NCBI GenBank assembly: GCA_021781555.1
Contig: JAJXWQ010000007.1
Location: forward strand, 529-64,528
Source: a bacterium
Lineage (GTDB): Bacteria; Cyanobacteriota; Sericytochromatia; S15B-MN24; VGJW01
Length of the DNA: 64,000 bases
Direction: 5' to 3'
Positions within the stretch are counted from its first letter, which is position 1. Each line of letters begins with the position of its first letter. The notes beneath the pieces are model-generated. The model was not told the origin of the DNA. It was given only the letters and a program-made list of their open reading frames with translations, and did no database searches. The position numbers were made by a program, and so were the translations under genes. This document shows positions 27,868 to 36,675 of this stretch, piece after piece.

Positions 27868-28545
27868 ATGTTGATCTCGACGACGGTTCGATGCGGCGTG
27901 GCGAGGCTGATCCTGGCCGCGGGCAGCCTCCTGCTTTCCGCGCCGCCCGCCGTTGCGGCAGGACCTCCCCCAGGGGTGCCGCAGGTCGGCGACACGCTCT
28001 CCTACGTCGTTTCGACGGGCGAGCGCGTCGTGGTCACGACCACCCGCGTGCGGCCGCGCGGGCGGGAATGGGTCGCGACGGAGCAGGAAACCGTGCGATC
28101 TCCCGGCGAAGAACCCAGGACCACGGCCATCTCGGTCATCCGGACCGCTGATGCCCTGGCCTTCGAGTTCGCGCCGCATGGCAGCGAGAGCCTCTCCCCG
28201 CTCGTGTACTTCTTTGCGCCCGCGCTGGTGCACGACTCGTGGCTGGCCCAGCGCGTCAGCTACGTGGACTCGCAGGGACAAAAAGTCGCCTACCAGGTGA
28301 TCGCCCGGGTAGCAGCGATCGAGACGGTGTCTTCACCTGCCGGCATTTTCGCGGGTTGCTGGCGCGTCGACTTTTCCAGTACGGCGAACCCGCGCGACCG
28401 CCTCGAGGCCTGGCTGAAGCCAGACCTCGGCATCGTGCGCACGCAGTCCGACGACCACGGGCGAGCGATCGTCACCGAGCTGACGGGCTTCCACCTGGTC
28501 AAGGATGCCGGTCGCCCCGGAAACTCCGGCCGCCCCTCCCACTGA
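27868..28545 (+). CDS. secreted hypothetical protein
   Basis: N-terminal signal peptide (LILAAGSLLLSAPPAVAA). No recognised domain. Competing antisense ORFs nearby. Confidence 0.4.
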   Translation: MLISTTVRCGVARLILAAGSLLLSAPPAVAAGPPPGVPQVGDTLSYVVSTGERVVVTTTRVRPRGREWVATEQETVRSPGEEPRTTAISVIRTADALAFEFAPHGSESLSPLVYFFAPALVHDSWLAQRVSYVDSQGQKVAYQVIARVAAIETVSSPAGIFAGCWRVDFSSTANPRDRLEAWLKPDLGIVRTQSDDHGRAIVTELTGFHLVKDAGRPGNSGRPSH

Positions 28546-28647
28546 CACGATCTTCGGTCGAACTGGACCAAGCGTCCGACCGATCGCCAATCCTAAGCTT
28601 GGGATGCGACCGTTCCAGCAAGAAACGCAGTCCGCCATGGAGGAGAT

Positions 28648-29475
28648 ATGCGGATCCTCATCATCGAATCCGATGCCCCGTGCGCCGAAGCGCTTGCCTT
28701 CACCCTCACGAACGCCGGCTACGAGGTCGAGCATGCCCTGACCGGGCGACAAGGCCTCCAGGTCATCGCGGACCAGGGGCCTCCCGACGGCGTGCTGGTG
28801 GGCCACCCCCTGGCCGATCAATCGGGCCTCGACGTCTGCCGCGCCATCCACGCGGAGAGCGATGCCGGACTCATCCTCGTGAGTTCTTGCACCCGCGAAG
28901 AGACGATACTCCGGGCCTTTGCAGCCGGTGTCGACGATGCCGTCGTGAAGCCCGTCCGCGTCGCGGAATTGACTGCGCGGCTCGGAGCCGTGCTGCGGCG
29001 CCGGCAGCTCAAGGGGGCCGGTGCCCCCTGCGGGATCGTGGAGCGCGGCCCGTTCCGGCTCAATTCCAATCGACTCGAGGCCACGGTTACCGGACGCCTT
29101 GCTCCGGTGCGCCTGACGCCCCTCGAGGCCAAGCTGCTGGGGCTCTTGATGCTCAACACCAACCAGGTGATGACAAAGGCGCGTCTCCAGGAGCTGATCT
29201 GGGGATACCAGAACGACTCGAGCGGCGATCTGCTCAAGACCCACGTTCGACACCTGCGCGTGAAGCTCGAGGCCACGCCATCGTCGCCCCGGTTCATCCA
29301 GACGATCAACGGCGTGGGCTATACCTTCGTGAGCCCGCGCCCCGCCGAGAGGGTCGAACTCGATGCGCCGGCGACGCCCGGGACCCTCCTGGCCGGCGTG
29401 CCAGCCGCGGCGGCACCAGGCCACCTGTCCGGCCTGCAGTCAGAGCCTCGCTCCCCGCTTCCGGCACCGGCTTGA
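28648..29475 (+). CDS. OmpR-family response regulator with Asp-less receiver (atypical)
   Basis: Receiver plus wHTH (LTPLEAKLLGLL...VGYTFV). The phospho-acceptor position aligns to Gly (PDGVLVGHPLAD vs canonical PDLVLLDLMLP). No adjacent kinase. Confidence 0.7.
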   Translation: MRILIIESDAPCAEALAFTLTNAGYEVEHALTGRQGLQVIADQGPPDGVLVGHPLADQSGLDVCRAIHAESDAGLILVSSCTREETILRAFAAGVDDAVVKPVRVAELTARLGAVLRRRQLKGAGAPCGIVERGPFRLNSNRLEATVTGRLAPVRLTPLEAKLLGLLMLNTNQVMTKARLQELIWGYQNDSSGDLLKTHVRHLRVKLEATPSSPRFIQTINGVGYTFVSPRPAERVELDAPATPGTLLAGVPAAAAPGHLSGLQSEPRSPLPAPA

Positions 29476-29581
29476 TCGGGCCAACCGGTCCGCAGGGCCC
29501 GCCCGGCCAGGGAAGCGCGAGGCCGCAGCGGGCAGGGTATTTGACCGTCGTTCAGCGCCGTGATAACGTGTTCCTGTTCGC

Positions 29582-29655
<74 letters not shown>

Positions 29656-29727
29656 CTCCGCCAGGGGCCTCGAGAGATCGAGGCCCCTGCGCTCGTCTGG
29701 GCGGGCAGGCGTGGGCCCGTGCGGCTC

Positions 29728-29892
29728 CTACGGCTTCAGCGTGGGGCCCGAGCCGGCCTGCGGGTTCACCAGCCCGTCGAGGACCGAAACCGTGGCCCCG
29801 ACGAAGATCGCCGAGGCAGCAACGCTTACGAACAGGAGAATGACGGGAACGAGCCACCCGATGATGCTGGTCGCGATGAAGAGGGCGAGCAT
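29728..29892 (-). CDS. small hydrophobic membrane protein (54 aa), absent from the ORF track
   Basis: GGAGGGAAAT then ATG. MLALFIATSIIGWLVPVILLFVSVAASAIFVGATVSVLDGLVNPQAGSGPTLKP: a single or double TM helix. Confidence 0.4.
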   Translation of the reverse strand: MLALFIATSIIGWLVPVILLFVSVAASAIFVGATVSVLDGLVNPQAGSGPTLKP

Positions 29893-29917
29893 CTGGATTT
29901 CCCTCCTTCACTTCGAT

Positions 29918-30125
29918 CTAGAGTGCTCCCGGTTTGAACAGGATCGAGCCCGATGAGTCAAACGGGGCCCGGTTGCGCAGCGAAGCGACCGCGCAGAGGG
30001 ACCCGTTCGAGCTCAACAAGGCCTAGGGTTCCCGGTTTGAACAGGATCGAGCCCGATGAGTCAAACGGGGCCCGGTTGCGCAGCGAAGCGACCGCGCAGA
30101 GGGACCCGTTCGAGCTCAACAAGGC
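29918..30125 (+). repeat. tandem dimer of a CTAG-bounded ~105-bp MITE/REP-like element
   Basis: Unit ctagagtgctcccggtttgaac..gcccgatgagtcaaacggggcccggttgcgcagcgaagcgaccgcgcagagggacccgttc.. occurs twice head-to-tail. Confidence 0.85.
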
Positions 30126-30241
30126 ATAACACCCGGCACTCGCGGCGACCACGGGAACCCGGACATGGTTTCCCGGCGCCAGCCGGGATCCTGTCGCCAG
30201 GTCGGCTCCCCGGGGTACACCAGGCCGGGGCGGATGCCCAG

Positions 30242-31138
30242 CTACCGGGACGATTCCATATCGAGGCTGATGTCCAGGAACCCCGCCAGGCGCGTGATGG
30301 CCGACGTGGAGAGGTAGTCGACTCCCGTACGGGCGATGGCCCCGGCTCGCTCGAGCGTGATCCCGCCCGAGGCCTCCACCGGAATGCGTCCGGCCACCAG
30401 TGCGACCGCTTGCTCGATCTCCTCGTTCGTCATGTTGTCGAGGAGGATGTGGTCGGCTCCGGCGGCCAGGGCTTCCTGCACCTGGAAAAGGGTGTCGGCC
30501 TCCACCAAGACCTTGGCCGTGACCGGGATACCAAGCCTGGCGCGCCTCACGGCCTCGGCGATGGATCCCGCCAGCGCGATGTGGTTGTCCTTGATCATGA
30601 CGGCGTCCGAAAGGCCAAAGCGGTGGTTGCGACCGCCCCCTGTCCGCACCGCGTACCGCTCGAGGATGCGCAAACCCGGCGTGGTCTTGCGCGTGTCCAG
30701 AAGCCGGGTCTTGCTCCCGGCGAGGCGCTCGACGAATCGGTGGCTCGTCGTGGCCACGGCGCACATCCGCTGCAGGAGGTTGAGGGCGACACGTTCGGCC
30801 ATGAGCATGCCGCGGGCCGGGCCGCTCACCCGCGCCACCACCGCTCCGGCCTCGGCCAGCGCGCCCTCGGGGACGAGCACCTCGGTGGCGATCGCCGGGT
30901 CGGCGAGGTAGAACACCCGCGCCAGGACCCCTGCGCCTGCAATCACCCCGGGCTCACGCAAGGTCACGTTACCGACTGCGCGATCGCTCTCGCCGAGGAC
31001 CAGCTGCGACGTGAGATCCCCGGAGCCGAGATCCTCCCGCAGGGCTGCGGTGAGGATGGGGTCGAGAAGGAGGGGGTGCAGGGCATCGACCGAGACGCCG
31101 CCGGCAGCTGACCTTTCAAGCATTGGCGAAGTATACAC
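30242..31138 (-). CDS. nadC: nicotinate-nucleotide pyrophosphorylase (quinolinate PRTase)
   Basis: Global NadC similarity (TRKTTPGLR, DNHIA, LLDNM). Start may be the second ATG (MLERS). Confidence 0.9.
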   Translation of the reverse strand: MYTSPMLERSAAGGVSVDALHPLLLDPILTAALREDLGSGDLTSQLVLGESDRAVGNVTLREPGVIAGAGVLARVFYLADPAIATEVLVPEGALAEAGAVVARVSGPARGMLMAERVALNLLQRMCAVATTSHRFVERLAGSKTRLLDTRKTTPGLRILERYAVRTGGGRNHRFGLSDAVMIKDNHIALAGSIAEAVRRARLGIPVTAKVLVEADTLFQVQEALAAGADHILLDNMTNEEIEQAVALVAGRIPVEASGGITLERAGAIARTGVDYLSTSAITRLAGFLDISLDMESSR

Positions 31139-31189
31139 TGCGTCAGGCGCCCAGTGTCGTCAGCAACGGTTGGTGCTACGATCGCTGCG

Positions 31190-31396
31190 ATGACCGTCGA
31201 CAAGCTTCTGGAATTCGAGCCCATCGAGTGCCAGCGCCTGGACAAGGAGAACGCGGCCTGGGCGCTCCAGTACGTCGCGCGCTGGCGCCAGCGCCTGGAG
31301 ACCGACGGCGACGACCCCGACCTGGTTGCTTACGGCAACCGCGAGATCGCCGCCTACGAGGAGCTGCTGGCCCGGTTCGGCCAGGCTCCAAGCTGA
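31190..31396 (+). CDS. small acidic hypothetical protein
   Basis: ORF-track frame 31154..31396; I chose the internal ATG (MTVDKLL). No homology recognised. May be the front half of a frameshifted gene continuing in 31326..31913. Confidence 0.25.
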   Translation: MTVDKLLEFEPIECQRLDKENAAWALQYVARWRQRLETDGDDPDLVAYGNREIAAYEELLARFGQAPS

Positions 31397-31931
31397 GGAC
31401 GGCGAGGTGCCTGATTGGTCCGTCCCCCTGTTGCTAGCGGCCACGGTCGCGCTGGAAGGTGCCCTGGCCTCCCCTGCCCTCGCGCTGGTGCAGTACGGCG
31501 AGCATGCAGCCAGCCAGCCAGCCCTCCTCGCCGATCGCCTGATCGTGGCTTCCGGGGACATCCTGCACGCCAGGTCCTTCGACCAGTGCCTCGGCGGCCG
31601 TCCGACGCACCTGATGCCAGACATCCCGCGCTGGACGCGCCAGGCGCTCGCCGCGGCAGACCAGGAGCTCTATGCCGCGGGTTTCGACACCATCGATCCC
31701 GCCGAGCAGGGCAAGATAGCCGACCTCCGCTCTTGCATCCACGTCCTCTCTGCCCGCCTTGACAGGCGTCGCCGAGGTCTCGGCCGTGCCCTCCTACGCC
31801 TGTATCTGGCAGTCCACGCCATGGCATCCGAGGTCGCGGGCAGGGTCGCCAACCGGGTCGAGTCGAGCGCGCCCTTGACCCGACCGCCCCTCGGAGCCAC
31901 ACCCGCTACCTGACGAGCCGCAGCCCGTCTC

Positions 31932-33191
31932 CTATTCCAGGAACTCGGCGAAGACCCCGTTGGCCACGGGGAGGGCCGCAGGAGTCAAGCGCAGGGAATC
32001 CCCGCGCAGCTCGAGCATGCCCAGCTCCACCATCCTCGAGATGGCCGTCCCGAACACCTCGTCCAGCTCTTTGCCGAAGCGCCGCCGGAACGCGGCGAAG
32101 GACACTCCTTCCTGGACCAGCCGCAAGCCCATCAAGACCGCGTCTTCCATCGCCTCTCGAATCGGCTGTGGCCGCGCGGGAATGGCGGGAAGAGGCTGGT
32201 CGAGGTACCCATCGATCGTCCGGTCGTGCGCGAAGCGACGCCGGGCGAGGTACGAATGCGCTCCGGAGCCAAACCCGAGATAGGGCCGCCCCAGCCAGTA
32301 GATGCGGTTGTGGGCCGATTCGTGCCCCGGGCGTGCCCAGCTCGAGATCTCGTAGCGCCGATATCCAGCCTCCGCCATCTTCGCGACCAGGAGGTCGAGC
32401 ATCTGGCGCTCGGCATCCTCGCCGGGAAGCTGCAACAGGCCACGCTCGGCACGGACACCGAAAGCGGTGCCGGGCTCGACCTGCAGGCCATAAACCGAGA
32501 AATGCTCGGGTCCCAGGGCAAGCGCCCGATCTAGCGTAGCGTCCCATGAGGCCTGGTCCTGCCCGGGCAGGCCGAACATGAGATCCAGGGAGATATCCGT
32601 GAACCCCGCATCCCGAAGCTCGCCGACGGTGCGCGACACATCCACCACGCCGTGATCCCGGCCGAGAATTCCGAGCAGGGTATCGTCGAAGACCTGGGCC
32701 CCCACCGAGACGCGGTTGACGCCGCACTCCCGCGCCATTCGCCAGAGAGCGGTCGAACCCGTCTTCGGGTTGACCTCCAGCGTGACCTCGGCGTCCTTGG
32801 CGAGGCGAAAATGCCGGTGGGCCGCCGACAGAACCCTCTCGAGCAGTCCAGGCTCCAGGAGGGAGGGCGTGCCGCCGCCCAGGTACAGCGTTGCGGCATC
32901 GAGCACGCCACCCCGCGGCATCGCGCAGCCCGAGTAGGACGAGATCTCGCGCTCGAGGGCCGCGACGTAGGCCTCCATCTGGCGCTCGCGACCGGCATGG
33001 CACGCGAAGTCGCAGTAGTGGCACTTGATCCGGCAAAACGGGATGTGGATGTACAGGCCGAGCCCACGCCCTATCGGGCGAGCGACGTCCCCCGCGAGTT
33101 CGTCACGTTCCGACGTCCCGGATATCCTCGAACTTGATGACGTGGACACGCTTCTGGCCCTTTTCCTGGCCCGTAAGATATCCGCCCTCAT
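31932..33191 (-). CDS. hemW: radical-SAM heme chaperone HemW (HemN-like)
   Basis: LYIHIPFCRIKCHYCDF radical-SAM motif and the HemN C-domain. The only in-frame start gives a 45-aa leader and overlaps the upstream small ORF. Start uncertain. Confidence 0.8.
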   Translation of the reverse strand: MRADILRARKRARSVSTSSSSRISGTSERDELAGDVARPIGRGLGLYIHIPFCRIKCHYCDFACHAGRERQMEAYVAALEREISSYSGCAMPRGGVLDAATLYLGGGTPSLLEPGLLERVLSAAHRHFRLAKDAEVTLEVNPKTGSTALWRMARECGVNRVSVGAQVFDDTLLGILGRDHGVVDVSRTVGELRDAGFTDISLDLMFGLPGQDQASWDATLDRALALGPEHFSVYGLQVEPGTAFGVRAERGLLQLPGEDAERQMLDLLVAKMAEAGYRRYEISSWARPGHESAHNRIYWLGRPYLGFGSGAHSYLARRRFAHDRTIDGYLDQPLPAIPARPQPIREAMEDAVLMGLRLVQEGVSFAAFRRRFGKELDEVFGTAISRMVELGMLELRGDSLRLTPAALPVANGVFAEFLE

Positions 33192-33345
33192 CCTCCGATA
33201 TCGACTTGACCAGGAAGTCGCGCATCGGCCTGCGGTTGTCGAAGAGCAGCTTGATCGGACGGGTCCCCCCCTTGGACATGTCGTCCACCATCTTAGCGAT
33301 TTCGTCCGGTGTCTTCTTGAGTGCCATCCAAACCTCGCGTGACAT
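33103..33345 (-). CDS. small charged hypothetical protein
   Basis: A coupled start candidate (TAAGATGG at 33291) lies 1 nt after the GNAT stop. The longer frame overlaps both neighbours. Protein-like composition (..GGYLTGQEKGQKRVHVIKFEDIRDV). Confidence 0.4.
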   Translation of the reverse strand: MSREVWMALKKTPDEIAKMVDDMSKGGTRPIKLLFDNRRPMRDFLVKSISEDEGGYLTGQEKGQKRVHVIKFEDIRDVGT

Positions 33346-33871
33346 GCTCGGAAGCCAGCATGCCCATTGCCATGAAATCGTGATGCGTACCGGCGAAGAA
33401 GCGATGGTGTCTCAGCATCCCCTCGTGCTGAAATCCCAGGCGCTCATAGCACCGAACCGCCCGGTCATGGTCCGAGCGGACCAGTAACCGGACCTTGTGG
33501 ACTCCCAGATCCTCGAACAGGTAGGACAAGAGGAGCCCCATGGTCTCTGTACCCAACCCTCGGCCGCGGTCCTCCTCCTGACCCAGGTAGAGTCCAACCT
33601 CGACATTGCGATCCTGGGCATCGAAGGAGCCGTACCAGGCAGTTCCCAGCAAGCGGCCGTCGACGGTGGCACAGACCGCATAGGTACGGCCCTCGTGGGG
33701 CTCGACCCGGGCCAGGATCGCGTCGTACCAGGCCTCGGTCTCGTCGGGCGCGGACAGGTGCCGGCGGGTCCCCAGCAGGGCCGAGAGGGCCGGGTCGTTC
33801 CACCAGGAGTTGAGCGCATCGAGATCCTGCCGCTCGATGGCCCGGAGCATCACCCGCTTTGCCAGTAGCAT
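33293..33871 (-). CDS. GNAT-family N-acetyltransferase (RimJ/RimL-like)
   Basis: GNAT motif A region (VGLYLGQEEDRGRGLGTETMGLLLSYLFEDLGVHKVRLLV). Confidence 0.75.
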   Translation of the reverse strand: MLLAKRVMLRAIERQDLDALNSWWNDPALSALLGTRRHLSAPDETEAWYDAILARVEPHEGRTYAVCATVDGRLLGTAWYGSFDAQDRNVEVGLYLGQEEDRGRGLGTETMGLLLSYLFEDLGVHKVRLLVRSDHDRAVRCYERLGFQHEGMLRHHRFFAGTHHDFMAMGMLASEHVTRGLDGTQEDTGRNR

Positions 33872-34040
33872 TCGCTTGATTATAAGGGTTCAACCGGCGT
33901 ACGATTCCTGGCGGCTTCCTCAGATGGACGGGCCCTGCCAGGCAAGCGCCAGGGGGGCGGATCGTGATCCCGCCCGGCTTCGCGATCCACGCGATCGGGT
34001 CCCGTCCGACGCTATCCCAAGATCGGCCCGGAGCTTCGCA

Positions 34041-34820
34041 ATGCTTCGAATCGGCGAGCCCCACTACCTGAGCACGCTGCCGCTATACCACTCCCTGCGC
34101 AAGCGGCAGGATCCTGACCTGGAGCTGTTTCCAGGCGGTTTGACCGAGCTATCCACCAGGCTTGCCAACAAAGAGCTCGATGCCGGTCCGGTCTCGGTCG
34201 TCGAGTACCTGGCCCACCCGGATCGGTTCAGGATGCTCCCCAACGTGGCGCTCTCGAGCGTCGGCCGCTCCCTGTGCGTCACGCTCTTCAGCCGGCGGCC
34301 AGCCTACGAACTGGCCGATGCGCGGATCGCGGTTCCGGCCACGGCCCCGGGTCCCGTGGCCCTCCTGCGCTGGCTCATGCGCGAGATGTACCGACTCGAA
34401 CCCACGCTCGTGGCCCGGACGGGCGGCCTGCGTGAGAGCCTGGCCGAACACGACGCGGTGCTCCTGTTCCAGGATGCCGCGCTCGAGGCACACGCCGGCA
34501 CGGCCGATCTCTTCCAGATCTGGGATCTGGGCGAGGCCTGGTGGCAGATCACCAATACCCCGTTCATCTACATGCTCTGGGCGGCCCGGAGCGATCTTCT
34601 TGAGGACGACGTTGCGGCGATCACCCTCGCTTTCGACGCAGCCAAGGCCAACGCGCCGGCGCTCGGTGGCGAGATCCTGGCCGAGGCCCAACGCCGCAGC
34701 GCCATCCCCCGTACCCTCTTGGAGGGCTACTTCAACCGCTTCCGGTACGATTTCACGACGTCCCAGCAAGAGGGCCTCGAGGCCTATCGCCAGGCGCTGG
34801 CCACCCTCGTCACGGTCTAG
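34041..34820 (+). CDS. MqnA/MqnD-family menaquinone (futalosine pathway) protein
   Basis: N-terminus MLRIGEPHYLSTLPLYHSL resembles the MqnA start (IGRISYLN.LPLFY). Periplasmic-binding-like fold family. ORF trimmed to the internal ATG. Confidence 0.55.
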   Translation: MLRIGEPHYLSTLPLYHSLRKRQDPDLELFPGGLTELSTRLANKELDAGPVSVVEYLAHPDRFRMLPNVALSSVGRSLCVTLFSRRPAYELADARIAVPATAPGPVALLRWLMREMYRLEPTLVARTGGLRESLAEHDAVLLFQDAALEAHAGTADLFQIWDLGEAWWQITNTPFIYMLWAARSDLLEDDVAAITLAFDAAKANAPALGGEILAEAQRRSAIPRTLLEGYFNRFRYDFTTSQQEGLEAYRQALATLVTV

Positions 34821-34915
34821 AGTGCTCCCGGTTTGAATGGATCGGGCCCGATGAGTCAAACGGGGCCCGGTTGTGCAGCGAAGCGACCGCGCAGAGTGAC
34901 CGTTCAAGCCGAAAG
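34817..34915 (+). repeat. MITE/REP-like element copy (long form, single)
   Basis: Begins at the CTAG that includes the mqnA-like stop. Same family as 29918 and 55927. Confidence 0.85.
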
Positions 34916-34999
34916 GATCGCTCGGGAAGGGCCCCCGTGCCGGCCGAGGCCGGCACGGGAGCCCCTGAGCGGAAGCGCGCACCGCCTCGCGCTTCGAGC

Positions 35000-36271
35000 C
35001 TACGGAAGTCCGATCGAACCGTCGACGGGGACCGGCGGGACCGACGGCGCGCCGTCGAAAGGCAGTGGCGGAACCGCAGCGCCGAGTGATGGCACGAAGC
35101 CGGAATAAGGCAACAGCGATCCAGCTCCGAGGTAGAACGGCGGGAAGAACGGGTGCCACAGACCCGAGGCCAGGGAGTACGGCACCATGTAGACGTAGGA
35201 GTCGTAGAGGTACGGATAGAAGGAGAACGGGAACGTCCCGCCCGCGTATGGCAGCATCCCCCCGAAGATCCCGAAGGGATAGAAGCCACATTCACCGCAC
35301 CAGTTGAGGCCGCCGAAGAACAGCCCGTCGAAGTCGCCCATCGGCGCGAATCCCCCTCCATCGGGCCCCCACCAGTGGCTACCGTGATCCCGGTGCCCGC
35401 GGCCCCGGCCAGGCCCGGCGTGGTCGCCGCCGTTGCCGCCGTGGTTCCACTGCTCGCCGCCGGCGCCATTGCCACCGTTCGCATGGCCGCTGCCACCCGG
35501 GTTCGAGTACCCGCTCCCGGCCGCCCCCCCATTTCCCCCAGGAGCGGGATCCCCATGCCCCCCGCTGGAAGCGCCGCTCGAGCCGCCGGCAGCTGGCATT
35601 CCGGAAGCCAGCGCAGGATCGACCTTGTAGGCCCCGGTCGGACGCCCACGCTGCTCTGGCGTCGAGCGGCCGCTGCCGCCTTCGTGGCTCTGCGGTCCGG
35701 TATACGCTCCGCTGCCCCGTCCACCTGGAACCGGCGATCCGCCATTCCAGCGTGACGCCTGCAGGTCCGAAGCGGAAAGATCGGAGCTCGTGACGCCTGA
35801 CGACAACGAGGACACGCTATACCCGGGCCCACCCGGGGACTCGCCGTCCGCCGTCCCCCCGGAGGACGGGAACTGCACCGCCGAAGCCGGGACCTGCAGG
35901 AGCTCCGTGCTGGCCTGCTCGGGTGTGAGCTGGCCGGGCACGAACTGCTGGAGCTGGCCGAGGGTGGGCCTCATCGTATCCGGCGCCTCGCCGGCATCCG
36001 TACGGGCCAAAAGATCGGACAGGCTCGAGATGTGAATGTAACCCTCGGTTGCCAGGGCCTGGGAATTACCCGGAGACGCATTGCCGGAAAGACCGCCAGC
36101 GGCAGGATCCGTGACGGGGCTCGCGCTCATGCCGGGCACGGCCACGGGATCGGCAGGACTCGGGGCATAAGGGTTCAAGGCAGGCACGTCTGGCTTCCAG
36201 GCACTGCAGCCGACGACGCCGGTTGCGACGGCCATCGAGGCCGCCCAAAGAATCTTCCACCGGATCAGCAT
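35000..36271 (-). CDS. Gly-rich secreted lipoprotein with an aromatic/Pro-rich C-terminal domain
   Basis: ATG preceded by CAGGAGGTG. Lipobox-like ATGVVGC|S. Long G/S/N/H-rich tracts then an F/Y/P-rich C-terminus (FGGLNWCGECGFYPFGIFGG...). Confidence 0.45.
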   Translation of the reverse strand: MLIRWKILWAASMAVATGVVGCSAWKPDVPALNPYAPSPADPVAVPGMSASPVTDPAAGGLSGNASPGNSQALATEGYIHISSLSDLLARTDAGEAPDTMRPTLGQLQQFVPGQLTPEQASTELLQVPASAVQFPSSGGTADGESPGGPGYSVSSLSSGVTSSDLSASDLQASRWNGGSPVPGGRGSGAYTGPQSHEGGSGRSTPEQRGRPTGAYKVDPALASGMPAAGGSSGASSGGHGDPAPGGNGGAAGSGYSNPGGSGHANGGNGAGGEQWNHGGNGGDHAGPGRGRGHRDHGSHWWGPDGGGFAPMGDFDGLFFGGLNWCGECGFYPFGIFGGMLPYAGGTFPFSFYPYLYDSYVYMVPYSLASGLWHPFFPPFYLGAGSLLPYSGFVPSLGAAVPPLPFDGAPSVPPVPVDGSIGLP

Positions 36272-36675
36272 CCGACACCTCCTGCAGCAGCGCTCGTGAC
36301 GGGCCTCAGAGCGATCCACATGGATCCCGGGGCCAGCGCCGGCCAGACGGACCCCGCCGGCCAGCGCCAAGAGCACGCTGCGACTACCCCACCTGCAGGT
36401 CAGCTTAAGCGAGGCCCTGAACTCGCACAACGCGCGCAGGGCCGCTCGGGGTCCTGCTCTTGGATACCGAGGGTTGCGGCCGGCGCCCGAGGTCCCGAGG
36501 GCCAGGGAGTCCCTGCCGCCAGCCACTCGTTTTCGGCTTGCGACGACCTTTTTTGTTCGCAGCCGGGCAAAGGTCGCCTTTCACCCGTGCGCAGGCCAGG
36601 AAAGCCTTCTCTAACGCCTCGAGCCTACGGTATGATGAAGTTTGAGCAACCGAGGAAAGGGGGCGTGGGCGGACG

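Noticed and set aside
30056-31111. ORFs beginning MSQTGPGCAAKRPRR (also 34833, 56047, 37886 minus)
   Set aside because: The identical N-termini arise from the repeated MITE/REP-like element, not from paralogous genes. The downstream frames run antisense through nadC and other real genes.
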